Source of the DNA: Longimicrobiales bacterium
Lineage (GTDB): Bacteria; Gemmatimonadota; Gemmatimonadetes; Longimicrobiales; Gaopeijiaceae
Direction of reading: 5' to 3'
NCBI GenBank assembly: GCA_965202805.1
Contig: OZ241869.1
Coordinates: forward strand, 832,001 to 896,000
Length of the DNA stretch: 64,000 nt
In this document: piece by piece, positions 50,962-60,269 of the stretch
Layout: every line of letters starts with the position of its first letter
How positions within the stretch are numbered: position 1 is the first letter of the stretch
The notes under the pieces: model-generated
The model's input: the letters and a program-made list of their open reading frames with translations, nothing else
Told to the model about the DNA's origin: nothing
Databases searched by the model: none
Program-made: the position numbers and the translations under genes

Positions 50962-52770
50962 ATGAGCCCGAGACATTCGTCCCCCCTCGTCGCGGGACTG
51001 GCCCAGATGAAGCCGCGCAAGGGAGATGTGCGCGCGAATCTCGACAAGGTCAGCTCGCTGGTCGCCGACGCCGGCAGCGACCACGACCTCCTCGTATTCC
51101 CGGAAACCTGCCTTACCGGGTATTTCCTGCAGGGGGCGGTGGCGGAGCTCGCCTTCAGCGCCGAAGAGGTGGCGGACATGCTGGGCCGCGCACCCGAGGG
51201 CGGGCCGGACCTCGTCGTCGGCTTCTACGAGCGGCATCGACGCCAGATCTACAACAGCGTCGCCTATTTTTCCGCGGGCGGCGGCCGCTACCAGCCGCTG
51301 CACGTCCACCGCAAGATGTTTCTGCCCACCTACGGGCTCTTCGACGAGGCCCGCTTCGTGGAGCCGGGGCGGGAGCTGCGTGCCTTCGACACGCCGCTGG
51401 GCCGCATGGGAATGCTCATCTGCGAAGATGTCTGGCACTCGCTGACCACAGCCGTGCTGGCCCTGGACGGAGCCGAGGTCGTCCTGGTGTCCAGCGCCTC
51501 GCCGGCGCGCGGGTTCCTTGCGGGAAGCGATCGTCCGGCCAGCATCAGGCGCTGGGACCCGATCCTCGAGGGACCGGCGATGGAACACGGCGTCTTCGTC
51601 CTCGTCAGCCAGCTGGTGGGGTCGGAGGGCGGCAAGCTGTTCGCGGGCGGCTCGGTGGCGATCGCGCCCGACGGCACGAACCTGGCGCGCGCTCCGCTGT
51701 TCGAGGAAGGCGTGATGACCGCCGTCCTGGATCGCACCTCGATCGACCGGCACCGCTTCGAGTCGCCGCTGCTCTCCGATCTCGAGCAGCAGCTGCCGAA
51801 TCTGCGCGACGAACTGGCGCGCGCCGGCCGCAGGCGGGGAAGGGAACCGGCGGCCGCGGCTTCGGAGGGGAGGGTGTCCCGGCCGGGCGGCGGCGACGGG
51901 GCCCCGGCGCGCCGTCCCCGAGCGGCAACCCATGGTCCGATTCCAGGCGACGCCTCGATGCTCGACCTAAACCTCGAGCTCACCGAACGCGCCCTGGTGG
52001 AGTTCATCCGGGAGGAGATCGTGCGCCGGCGCGGCTTCGAAAAGGTCGTGATCGGGGTATCGGGAGGAGTCGACTCCGCGGTGTCGCTCTTTCTGGCGGC
52101 ACGCGCGCTCGGCCCCGAAAACGTCACCGGACTGCGGCTGCCGTACGCGACCTCGTCACCGGAAAGCCTGGAGCACGCGGCCATGGTGCTGGACGCGACC
52201 GGCGCGGTCGGCCGCACCATGGACATCACGGCCTCCGTCGACGAGTATGTCGCGCGCCACGAGCCGGACATCACCCCGCTGCGCCGCGGCAATCTCGCCG
52301 CCCGCTTCCGCGCCCTCACCATCTTCGACCAGTCGGCGCTCCTGAGGGCACTCCCGCTCGGAACCGGCAACAAGAGCGAACGGCTGCTCGGCTACTACAC
52401 CTGGCACGCCGACGACTCGCCCCCGGTCAACCCGCTCGGGGATCTGTTCAAGATCCAGGTGTGGGCGCTCGCGCGCCATCTCGGCGTCCCCTCCGAGATC
52501 GTCGAGAAACCGGCCAGCGCCGATCTGGTGCAGGGCATCCACGATCACGACGAGCTGGGCATCTCCTACCACGATGCCGACCCCATCCTGCACTGGTTCC
52601 TGCGGGGCTACTCGCCCTCCGACCTGGTAGGGCGAGGGTTCGACGAATCGCAGGTCGACATCGTCTGGACGCGGTTGAACGCAACCCACTGGAAGCGCGA
52701 GCTGCCGACGGTGGCGGTGCTGTCGTCCACGGCCATCGGGGAATCGTATCTGAGACCGGTCGACTACTAG
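50962..52770 (+). CDS. nadE: Glutamine-dependent NAD+ synthetase (CN-hydrolase domain fused to synthetase domain)
   Basis: Nitrilase triad motifs 'FPE', 'HRKMFLP', 'ICEDVW'; synthetase motifs 'SGGVDS', 'GTGNKSE', 'KPASADL'. Confidence 0.93.
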   Translation: MSPRHSSPLVAGLAQMKPRKGDVRANLDKVSSLVADAGSDHDLLVFPETCLTGYFLQGAVAELAFSAEEVADMLGRAPEGGPDLVVGFYERHRRQIYNSVAYFSAGGGRYQPLHVHRKMFLPTYGLFDEARFVEPGRELRAFDTPLGRMGMLICEDVWHSLTTAVLALDGAEVVLVSSASPARGFLAGSDRPASIRRWDPILEGPAMEHGVFVLVSQLVGSEGGKLFAGGSVAIAPDGTNLARAPLFEEGVMTAVLDRTSIDRHRFESPLLSDLEQQLPNLRDELARAGRRRGREPAAAASEGRVSRPGGGDGAPARRPRAATHGPIPGDASMLDLNLELTERALVEFIREEIVRRRGFEKVVIGVSGGVDSAVSLFLAARALGPENVTGLRLPYATSSPESLEHAAMVLDATGAVGRTMDITASVDEYVARHEPDITPLRRGNLAARFRALTIFDQSALLRALPLGTGNKSERLLGYYTWHADDSPPVNPLGDLFKIQVWALARHLGVPSEIVEKPASADLVQGIHDHDELGISYHDADPILHWFLRGYSPSDLVGRGFDESQVDIVWTRLNATHWKRELPTVAVLSSTAIGESYLRPVDY

Positions 52771-52797
52771 GCTGCAGCCCTGGCGGGCCGGCGCTCC

Positions 52798-53826
52798 TCA
52801 CAACCCGGCGACCTTTCGCCGCAGCGTTTCCAATAGAGGCACCGGCGTGAGTTCGCCGTCGATGATGGCGGCGAGTTCCTCCTCCCGCTTCCAGTGCGCC
52901 TCGAGGCCGGCCAGCTCGAGTTCCAGCAGCCGCCGCTCGGCATCCTCGCTGGCCGCGATCTCCAGGGCGATGGTGCCCGTGCGCGGCAGACTGCCGAAGC
53001 GCGCGCCCTTCTTGACCAGCACCCGGGAGAGACCGCCGGTGCCCCCGACTTCCTCGATCAGGCGGGTCGCTGAAGCGATCCGTCTCTCGGAAGCTCCCTG
53101 GAAGTGATGGTAGGCGAGGATCCTGCGCAGGGTACGCTCCGCGTCCGGGCCCGCAAGCCGAAGGCCCTCGTCGTCATCCGGGGCCGTCCCGCAAACCGGG
53201 CAGGCGCGGGACACGACCAGAGGCGCGTCGCCCTCCGTGGGACGAATCGTCAACCTGGAGCGTTCGTCGTAGGAAAGCGCCCGCATGACATATCCGCAGC
53301 GCCCGCATTGGCGCCGCCCACGCCACGCCGCCGAGCCGAAGCGCAGCCACCGGGCGCCCCGGGTCGTCCACTGCGGTGCGTGCTCCCAGAGGACCCAGGC
53401 GCCCAGCAGGCCGATGCCCCCGGTCAGCCAGCCACCGATGGCAGCCGCGCCCACGGCCGTGCCCGCGAGCGACACCTGCTTGAAACGCTTGCGGCGGGCG
53501 CGCAACTCGCGCCCATAGCGCCACCAGGCCTCCTCCCGGCGCTCGCAGCGGCCGACGCGAACGATCTCGAGCGGACCGACCGAGAGGAGCGCGATGTTGT
53601 CGGTGCGGGACAGCAGACGCCCCTGGTCGACGGAGAGCTTCTCGAGTTCCTCGAGCGCCTCCCAGCGGTCGAGCAGCGGCACCAGCGACCACCGCTTGCA
53701 GGCGCCGCAGATCATCCAGAGCCGACCCCGATCCGCGTCGAACGCCACGCGTCGCCCGCGCGGCAGATGCTCCAGCGTATCGTTCTCGGGAAAGGGGGCC
53801 TGGCACAGCAGGCAGCGTGTGTACAC
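52798..53826 (-). CDS. Hypothetical protein with four CxxC pairs, a central hydrophobic segment and a C-terminal coiled coil
   Basis: CLLC, CGAC, CGRC, CPVC; 'VSLAGTAVGAAAIGGWLTGGIGLLGAWVLW'; 'LELELAGLEAHWKREEELAAIIDGEL'. Confidence 0.75.
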   Translation of the reverse strand: MYTRCLLCQAPFPENDTLEHLPRGRRVAFDADRGRLWMICGACKRWSLVPLLDRWEALEELEKLSVDQGRLLSRTDNIALLSVGPLEIVRVGRCERREEAWWRYGRELRARRKRFKQVSLAGTAVGAAAIGGWLTGGIGLLGAWVLWEHAPQWTTRGARWLRFGSAAWRGRRQCGRCGYVMRALSYDERSRLTIRPTEGDAPLVVSRACPVCGTAPDDDEGLRLAGPDAERTLRRILAYHHFQGASERRIASATRLIEEVGGTGGLSRVLVKKGARFGSLPRTGTIALEIAASEDAERRLLELELAGLEAHWKREEELAAIIDGELTPVPLLETLRRKVAGL

Positions 53827-53997
53827 CGGCGCGGCACTCCGGCGGGAGTCGACATGATCCGGGGGCGGGAAGACGGGGCTTGGCGAACGCCCTCAGGCGC
53901 GGCACATTCCCCGCACCTGGAAGGGCCCGGACACGAACTGTGCATCGCGGGCATGCGTCCCGCCACCCGACTTCATCCTACCGAACCTCGGCACCCC

Positions 53998-54579
53998 ATG
54001 ATCCTGGTTCTCGACAACTACGACTCGTTCACCTGGAACCTGGTGCAGATGCTGGAGGCGCTGGGTGGCGAAACCGAGGTGGTGCGCAACGACGCCCGCA
54101 CGGTCCGGGAAATCGAGCGGCAGGCTCCCGAGCGCATCGTCATTTCCCCCGGCCCGTGCACGCCCCGCGAAGCCGGCATCAGCATCGAGCTGGTGCGGGC
54201 CCTCGGTCCGCGGACACCGATCCTGGGCGTCTGCCTGGGGCACCAGGCCATCGGCGAGGCGTTCGGGGGCGCGACCGTGCGGGCGGCGCGCGTGATGCAC
54301 GGCAAGACCGCTCCCATCCGCCACAAGGGGTTCGGGGTCCTGCAGGGACTTCCCTCACCGATGACCGTGGCCCGCTATCACTCGCTGGTCACGGACCCGA
54401 GGGCCCTCCCGCACGAGCTCGAGCCGGTGGCCTGGACCGATCTACCCGGCGAAGAGGACGAAATCCAGGCCATGCGCCATCGGCAGATGCCGGTCTGGGG
54501 GGTTCAGTTCCACCCGGAGTCGTACTTCTCCGACGCGGGCCCGCGCCTGCTCGAGAACTTCCTGCGCCTTCCGGTTTAG
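53998..54579 (+). CDS. Anthranilate/aminodeoxychorismate synthase component II (TrpG/PabA)
   Basis: 'MILVLDNYDSFTWNL', 'ISPGPCTP', 'GVCLGHQ', 'RYHSL', 'QFHPES'. Confidence 0.95.
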   Translation: MILVLDNYDSFTWNLVQMLEALGGETEVVRNDARTVREIERQAPERIVISPGPCTPREAGISIELVRALGPRTPILGVCLGHQAIGEAFGGATVRAARVMHGKTAPIRHKGFGVLQGLPSPMTVARYHSLVTDPRALPHELEPVAWTDLPGEEDEIQAMRHRQMPVWGVQFHPESYFSDAGPRLLENFLRLPV

Positions 54580-54602
54580 CTAATCGAGCTAATCCAGCTG
54601 AG

Positions 54603-57600
54603 CTACGAGATGATCGGCGGCAGCCCCCGTTCCGCCAGAAGGCGGTTGAAGTCGGTGATGTCGTCCGCGGCCAGCTCCGCCCAGCGTCTCAGGTACTCCT
54701 CAAGCTGCACCCGGTAGATCCCTCCGACCTCGCTCATCGACTCCGTCGGCGGATCGTCCGAGCCGGCGGAGTACCCCGCGAGGCTCGCGATCTTCGCCCA
54801 TAGCCGCCGGGGCCAGCGGATGGTGTCCTGGCGGGCCGAGCCGCCGGTCAGCCTCAGGTCGAAGAGCTCCATTTCGAGCTCGATGAGGGCCAGCGCGAGT
54901 TCCTCTCCCACTTCCGCGATTTCGGCGTAAAGCGGGTTCCCGCGCACCCGCTCCTCCAGGTCGGCCAGGCCCCTGCGGGTCCACTCGATGCGGTTGATGA
55001 GCTCGGCGGTCGAATCGCTCATTTCGCGCAATTCCAGTTGCAGGGCCAGTTGCGCGCGCATGTCCTCGGAGGAAGCCGTGGAAGCCGGATCCTGCAGGAT
55101 CTCGAGTTCGGCGGTGCGCTCCTCGGTGCCCGCCGAGAGCCGCACCCGGTAGCGCCCGGGGATGGCCAGGGGGCGAACCGGGCCGCCGTCCGGTGGAGGC
55201 CGCCACCCCTCCTGGCCCACGCCCCGGTGCGAGTGCTCGAGCGGCGGGGTGCGGAGTCGCGGGGTTGCCGAGGCCGTGTAGCGCAGATCCCACATCACCC
55301 GGTTCATTCCGGGACCGAAGTTGCCGGACAGGGTGCGGACCGGCGTGCCGTCCATCGTCTCGATATCCACCGTGACGGGTCCGGCCAGATCCTCCCCCAG
55401 GTGGAAGTTGATGGAGGCACCGTAGTCGGGGTTCTCGCCCGCGGCCGGGTCGTCGGGCTGGGCGTTGCGCGCCTCGCGCGGCAGGAAGCGCCAGGCGGCA
55501 CGGGGCTCGAACAGGTGCACGCCGTCCGCAATCCTCTCCGCGCTCAGCTGCTGCAGCGGGGTGATGTCGTCCAGGATCCAGAAGCCGCGCCCGTAGGTGC
55601 CCACCACCAGGTCGTTGAAGCGGGGCTGGATCTCCAGCCAGTGGACCGGCGCATGAGGCAGATCGCCCTGCAGGGACGTCCAGGTCACCCCGTCGTCGAA
55701 GGAGACGTAGAGTGAGTTCTCGGTGCCGAGGTAGAGGAGTCCGGGGCGCACCGGGTCCTCGCGCACGACGTGGGCGTAGCTGAACACGCTGCGCGGGATG
55801 TCGTCGGCGAGCGAGCGCCAGGACGCGCCGTAGTCCTCCGTCTTGTAGACGAATGGATCGGTGCCGCCCAGCTGATGGAAATCGACGGTGATGTACGCCG
55901 CCGCCGGATTGTAGCGGGAGGGTTCGATGTTGCTCACCGTGCCCCACTCGGGGAGCCCGGAGATGTTGCCGGCCACCTCGGTCCAGTTCTCGCCGCCGTC
56001 GCGCGTCACGTGCACCAGGCCGTCGTTGGAGCCCGCCCAGATGGTGCCGGGCTCGATGGGAGACTCGGCGAGGGCGAAGAGCACGGAGGCGTAGGTGGGG
56101 CTCACGTCCTCGGTGGTGAGCCCGCCCGTCTTCTGCATTCTGGCGGTGTCGGCGAGCGTCAGGTCCGGGCTGATCACGCTCCAGCTGTGGCCGCCGTCGG
56201 TGGTCCGGTGCACATGCTGGCTGCCGGCGTAGACCACGTTGTTGTCGTGCGGCGAGATGTGGACCGGGAAGGTCCACTGGAAGCGGTAGCGGACGTCGGC
56301 GGCGGCCCAGCCCTCGGGGTTGTCGGGCCAGACGCTCACCGTGCGGGTGATGCCGGTGGAGAGCTGGTGGCGTTCGAGGATGCCCTCGTAGCACCCCGAC
56401 CAGATGACGTCGTTGGTCACCGTGTCCGGGATGGCGAACCCCGTCTCGCAGCCGCCCACCGACCGCCACGCCCCCACCGGGATCGCGCCCCCCGTCAGCG
56501 TGTTGGACGGCCCGCCGATGGAGGGCCCGTCCTGGCGGTTGCCGTACAGGTTGTAGGGAACCTGCGTATCGACATGCACGTGGTACATCTGCGCGATGGG
56601 CAGGAGCGGCCGGTACCAGTTGCGCCCCCGGTTGGTGGAGATGCGCACCCCCTGGTCGTTGCCGATGATCATGCGGCTCGGGTCGAGCGGGTCGATCCAC
56701 ATGTCGTGGTTGTCGCCTCCGGAGATCACCTCGAAGGACACGCCCCCGTCCAGCGAGCGCGTGTGCACCGTGGACATGAAGTGCACCTCGTCGGCGTCGT
56801 CGGGCGCGACCGCCATGCGGGAGTAGTAGAGCGGACGCTGCGCCAGCGCGTGATCGGCGTTGACCATCGTCCAGGAGCGCCCGCCGTCGTCGGACCGCCA
56901 AAGCGTGCCCTCGTGCTCCTCCAACTCCTCGTACTCCCGGTTGGAGTTGGTCTCGATGAGCGCGTAGATGCGGTCCGGGTCCGCCGCGGTCATGGCGAGG
57001 CCGATCCGGCCCATGGTGCCGCGGGGCAGCCCGGCGCCCTCCAGCCGGGTCCAGCTGTCACCGCCGTCGCGGCTGGTCCAGAGCCCGCTCTCCGGGCCTC
57101 CGCTCTCGCGCCCCCAGGTCCAGATCTGCATCTGCCAGGTGGCGGCGAAGAGGATGCGCGGGTTGGTGGGGTCCATGACCACGTCGATCGCCCCGGAGTT
57201 CTCGCCTGAGAAGAGCACCCGCTCCCAGTTATCCCCGCCGTCGACGGTGCGGAAGAGCCCGCGCTCCTGCTGGGGGCCGTAGAGGTGGCCCGCCGCGGCG
57301 ACGTACACGACATCGGGGTCCGCGGGGTGAACCACGATGCGTCCGATCCTACCGGTCTCGTCGAGCCCCATGTGCCGCCAGCTGCGGCCCGCGTCGGTCG
57401 AGCGGTACACGCCGTTGCCGATGGAGACGTTGGAGCGGATGAAGGACTCGCCCGTCCCCGCCCACACCACGTTGGCGTCGGAGGGCGCGATCGCCAGCGC
57501 CCCGATCGACTGGGCCGGCTGGTCGTCGAAGATGGGCCGCCAGGTGTGCCCGCCGTCCTCGCTCTTGAAGACGCCCCCCGACGCGGCCCCCAGGTAGTAG

Positions 57601-57830
57601 ACATTGCGGTTCCCGGGCTCGCCCACCACCGCGCTGACCCGGTTGCCTACCGGACCCACGTGACGGTAGTCGGCGTCGGCGAAGAAGTCGTCCGGCAGCT
57701 CACCGGGAGCGGCCAACTGGGCGCCGAGCCCGCCGGCCGCGAAGACGGCTGCCAGAAGAGGCAGTATGAACGCGCGGGTGAATGCGATGAACGCGCGGGT
57801 GAATGCCCGGATGGGGTGCCTGACAGCCAT
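54603..57830 (-). CDS. Secreted BNR/Asp-box beta-propeller protein (VPS10/sialidase-like glycosyl hydrolase family)
   Basis: About 11 Asp-boxes (e.g. SEDGGHTW, STDAGRSW, SRDGGDSW, SDDGGRSW, TRDGGENW, SFDDGVTW); 'LVVGTYGRGFWILDD'; signal peptide; GGAGG RBS before the ATG at 57830. Confidence 0.85.
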   Translation of the reverse strand: MAVRHPIRAFTRAFIAFTRAFILPLLAAVFAAGGLGAQLAAPGELPDDFFADADYRHVGPVGNRVSAVVGEPGNRNVYYLGAASGGVFKSEDGGHTWRPIFDDQPAQSIGALAIAPSDANVVWAGTGESFIRSNVSIGNGVYRSTDAGRSWRHMGLDETGRIGRIVVHPADPDVVYVAAAGHLYGPQQERGLFRTVDGGDNWERVLFSGENSGAIDVVMDPTNPRILFAATWQMQIWTWGRESGGPESGLWTSRDGGDSWTRLEGAGLPRGTMGRIGLAMTAADPDRIYALIETNSNREYEELEEHEGTLWRSDDGGRSWTMVNADHALAQRPLYYSRMAVAPDDADEVHFMSTVHTRSLDGGVSFEVISGGDNHDMWIDPLDPSRMIIGNDQGVRISTNRGRNWYRPLLPIAQMYHVHVDTQVPYNLYGNRQDGPSIGGPSNTLTGGAIPVGAWRSVGGCETGFAIPDTVTNDVIWSGCYEGILERHQLSTGITRTVSVWPDNPEGWAAADVRYRFQWTFPVHISPHDNNVVYAGSQHVHRTTDGGHSWSVISPDLTLADTARMQKTGGLTTEDVSPTYASVLFALAESPIEPGTIWAGSNDGLVHVTRDGGENWTEVAGNISGLPEWGTVSNIEPSRYNPAAAYITVDFHQLGGTDPFVYKTEDYGASWRSLADDIPRSVFSYAHVVREDPVRPGLLYLGTENSLYVSFDDGVTWTSLQGDLPHAPVHWLEIQPRFNDLVVGTYGRGFWILDDITPLQQLSAERIADGVHLFEPRAAWRFLPREARNAQPDDPAAGENPDYGASINFHLGEDLAGPVTVDIETMDGTPVRTLSGNFGPGMNRVMWDLRYTASATPRLRTPPLEHSHRGVGQEGWRPPPDGGPVRPLAIPGRYRVRLSAGTEERTAELEILQDPASTASSEDMRAQLALQLELREMSDSTAELINRIEWTRRGLADLEERVRGNPLYAEIAEVGEELALALIELEMELFDLRLTGGSARQDTIRWPRRLWAKIASLAGYSAGSDDPPTESMSEVGGIYRVQLEEYLRRWAELAADDITDFNRLLAERGLPPIIS
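57766..57806. repeat. 21-bp tandem duplication in the signal-peptide coding region
   Basis: atgaacgcgcgggtgaatgc at 57766 and 57787, giving AFTRAFI twice on the - strand. Confidence 0.85.
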
Positions 57831-58028
57831 GGAATCCTCCGCAAGGGCGCTACCGAAGAAGGGGACGCCACAAAGGTAGGTCGGGGGCTGCATCGGGCAA
57901 TGCGCCCGGGTGGGCGATGGCCAAGCGTTGATTTTTCAACAACTACGGCGCAAACTCTTCTACCCTGCGTGGTGTCAGACTTGTGGCAGCACGCAGAAAC
58001 CTCGAAACGCCCTTCGAGCGAGGACGCC

Positions 58029-59246
58029 ATGGCTACGCTTCCACCCGGCGCTGACGTCTTGCCGGATCCCGCGCACGCTCACCGCCGTCCATCGGCGGTC
58101 CGGCTGACGGTCGGCCTCTTGGCCACCGCCGTCCTGACTGCATGCGCGGGCGATTCATCCGACGGCAGACGCACGGGGGAAGCCGAGGTCTTGCTCGGTC
58201 CGCGGCCGTGGGCCACGCCCGAATCGTGGTGGGAGGTCACCCTGGAAGCGGCCTCCGCGCCTGATCTCTTACTTACCGCCATTGATGACGTCGAGGTTGA
58301 TTCCCGGGGCCGCGTTTTCCTGGTCGATCGGCCGCAGGGCGGCATCACCGTCCTGACCCCCGAGCTGGAATTGCTCTCAACCGTGGGTCGAGAGGGGGAG
58401 GGTCCGGGTGAATTCGAGTTCAGGCGAGTGCAGATCCTTCCGGGCGACACCCTGCTCGTTTACGACTTCGGCCTGGGGCGGATCACGCTCTTCGATCCGG
58501 AGAACTTCGAGGTGATCACAACCAGGCCTCCTCCGAATATCGAGCGAGGCGCCGTCACGAATCTGTGGAAGCTGCCGGGGCAGGGGCGCTTCTTCGCGCT
58601 GGACCGGCCTCCCTTCGTCGCCGGGGCGGGGGAGGCCGCCGACCGGGGCCGGACGGAGGTTCTGCTGGCGTTCGACGAGTCCGCCGAGGTGATCGCCGAC
58701 ACGCTCGCGACCGTGCCCGGCAGCGAGCGCCTGGTGGTGCGGCGAGAGGGGTTCCTGAGCGTCGGCTCCCATCCGTTCGGGCGCAGATCGCTCGTCGGCC
58801 TGCTCGGCGATGACCGAATCGCGTATGCGAACTCGGGCGCGCTCCATGTCACCGTCGTCGACTTCGAAGGAACCACGGTTCACTCCTTCTCCCATTCGTT
58901 GCCCCCGATCCCGGTGACCTCTGCGGAGTTGCGGGCCGAAGTCGAAGAAATGCGCGAGTTGATGGCAGATGAGCTCCGCGCGGGCGCCCCCTACACCTGG
59001 CCCGCTCTCACCGGACTCGTAACCGACGATGAGGAGCGCATCTGGATCGGCATCCGGGGCCCCAGCGACAGCGCCGGGTGGGGATGGGCCGCGTTCGCCC
59101 CGGACGGCACCCACGCCGGATCCGTCCTGCTTCCGGCGGGACATCTTCTTCAGGTCGTGAGGGACAGCAGGATCTACGTGCTCTCCCGCGACGAATTCGA
59201 TGTGCCTTCGATCCAGGCCTATCGCCTGGAAGCTCCAGAGATCTGA
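58029..59246 (+). CDS. NHL-like six-bladed beta-propeller lipoprotein
   Basis: Lipobox 'VLTA|C'; 'DVEVDSRGRVFLVD'; 'GREGEGPGEF'; C-terminal 'DEFDVPSIQAYRL'. Confidence 0.75.
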   Translation: MATLPPGADVLPDPAHAHRRPSAVRLTVGLLATAVLTACAGDSSDGRRTGEAEVLLGPRPWATPESWWEVTLEAASAPDLLLTAIDDVEVDSRGRVFLVDRPQGGITVLTPELELLSTVGREGEGPGEFEFRRVQILPGDTLLVYDFGLGRITLFDPENFEVITTRPPPNIERGAVTNLWKLPGQGRFFALDRPPFVAGAGEAADRGRTEVLLAFDESAEVIADTLATVPGSERLVVRREGFLSVGSHPFGRRSLVGLLGDDRIAYANSGALHVTVVDFEGTTVHSFSHSLPPIPVTSAELRAEVEEMRELMADELRAGAPYTWPALTGLVTDDEERIWIGIRGPSDSAGWGWAAFAPDGTHAGSVLLPAGHLLQVVRDSRIYVLSRDEFDVPSIQAYRLEAPEI

Positions 59247-59477
59247 TTCCCGGCCCCGGTGGGGAATCCTCAAGGAAATCACCAGTAGATTACAGTAGAT
59301 GTCACCAGCGCATCGGTACGCCGACTCGCGGGCGTCGCTCTTCTGGAGTTATCCGGCCCCGCGCGCTATCTTGCTTCCTGTTGGCGGAGGGACCGGGCGT
59401 TGAACGAACGACGTCCGGCGGACCGGATGGAACCGGCGTGAATCGGGAGGCCGTCTCTTCAGCATGACCGAGTGCGC

Positions 59478-60269
59478 ATGAAAGCTCGCGTCCTGGGTAT
59501 CGTTCCCGCCCGGCTCGCCTCCACACGACTCCCCAACAAACCCCTCTTCCCCATCCTCGGCCGCCCGCTCATCGAGTGGGTCTGGCGCAGGGTCAGGTCC
59601 ATGCCGGTGCTCGACCACGCGGTCGTGGCGACCGACTCCGACCGGGTGGCGCGCGTGTGTCGCGAGCTGGGCGCCCCGGTGGAAATGACCTCGGCCGACC
59701 ATCCCTCCGGCACCGACCGCATCGCCGAGGTGGCCGGGCGCAGGCCCTACCGCGACTACCCGGTGATCGCAAACATCCAGGGGGACGAGCCGCTGCTCGA
59801 GGAACGCCACCTGGCGGCGGCCGTCGAGCTCGTGCGCGACGGGCGATGGGAGATCGGCACCTGCGCGACCCCGGTGGAGCGCCTGGAAGCGTGGAAGGAT
59901 CCCTCCGTGGTCAAGGTGGCGCGCGCCGCCACGGGCCGGGCGCTCTACTTCTCGCGCGCCGCGATCCCCTACAAGCGCGCGGCGAAGCCGGATGCGGGCG
60001 ACCTGCTGCGCGAGCCCTATCTGCGACATATCGGCATCTACGCCTGCGCGCGCGACGCCCTCGAGCGGTGGGTGGCGATGGCCCCGACCGCGCTCGAGCG
60101 CCTCGAGAAGCTCGAACAGCTGCGCCCGCTCGAGTCCGGCATCCGCATCGGCGTGGCGGTGGTCGGGTTCGCCCACCCCGGCGTCGACACGCCGACCGAC
60201 GTGCTCTACACCGAACGGAGACTACGGGAGATGGAACAGCAATCATCCAGCCTGGTGAGCGGAACATGA
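59478..60269 (+). CDS. kdsB: 3-deoxy-manno-octulosonate cytidylyltransferase
   Basis: '[14 protein letters not shown]', 'SGTDR', 'NIQGDEP', 'LYFSR', 'EKLEQLR'. Confidence 0.96.
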   Translation: MKARVLGIVPARLASTRLPNKPLFPILGRPLIEWVWRRVRSMPVLDHAVVATDSDRVARVCRELGAPVEMTSADHPSGTDRIAEVAGRRPYRDYPVIANIQGDEPLLEERHLAAAVELVRDGRWEIGTCATPVERLEAWKDPSVVKVARAATGRALYFSRAAIPYKRAAKPDAGDLLREPYLRHIGIYACARDALERWVAMAPTALERLEKLEQLRPLESGIRIGVAVVGFAHPGVDTPTDVLYTERRLREMEQQSSSLVSGT

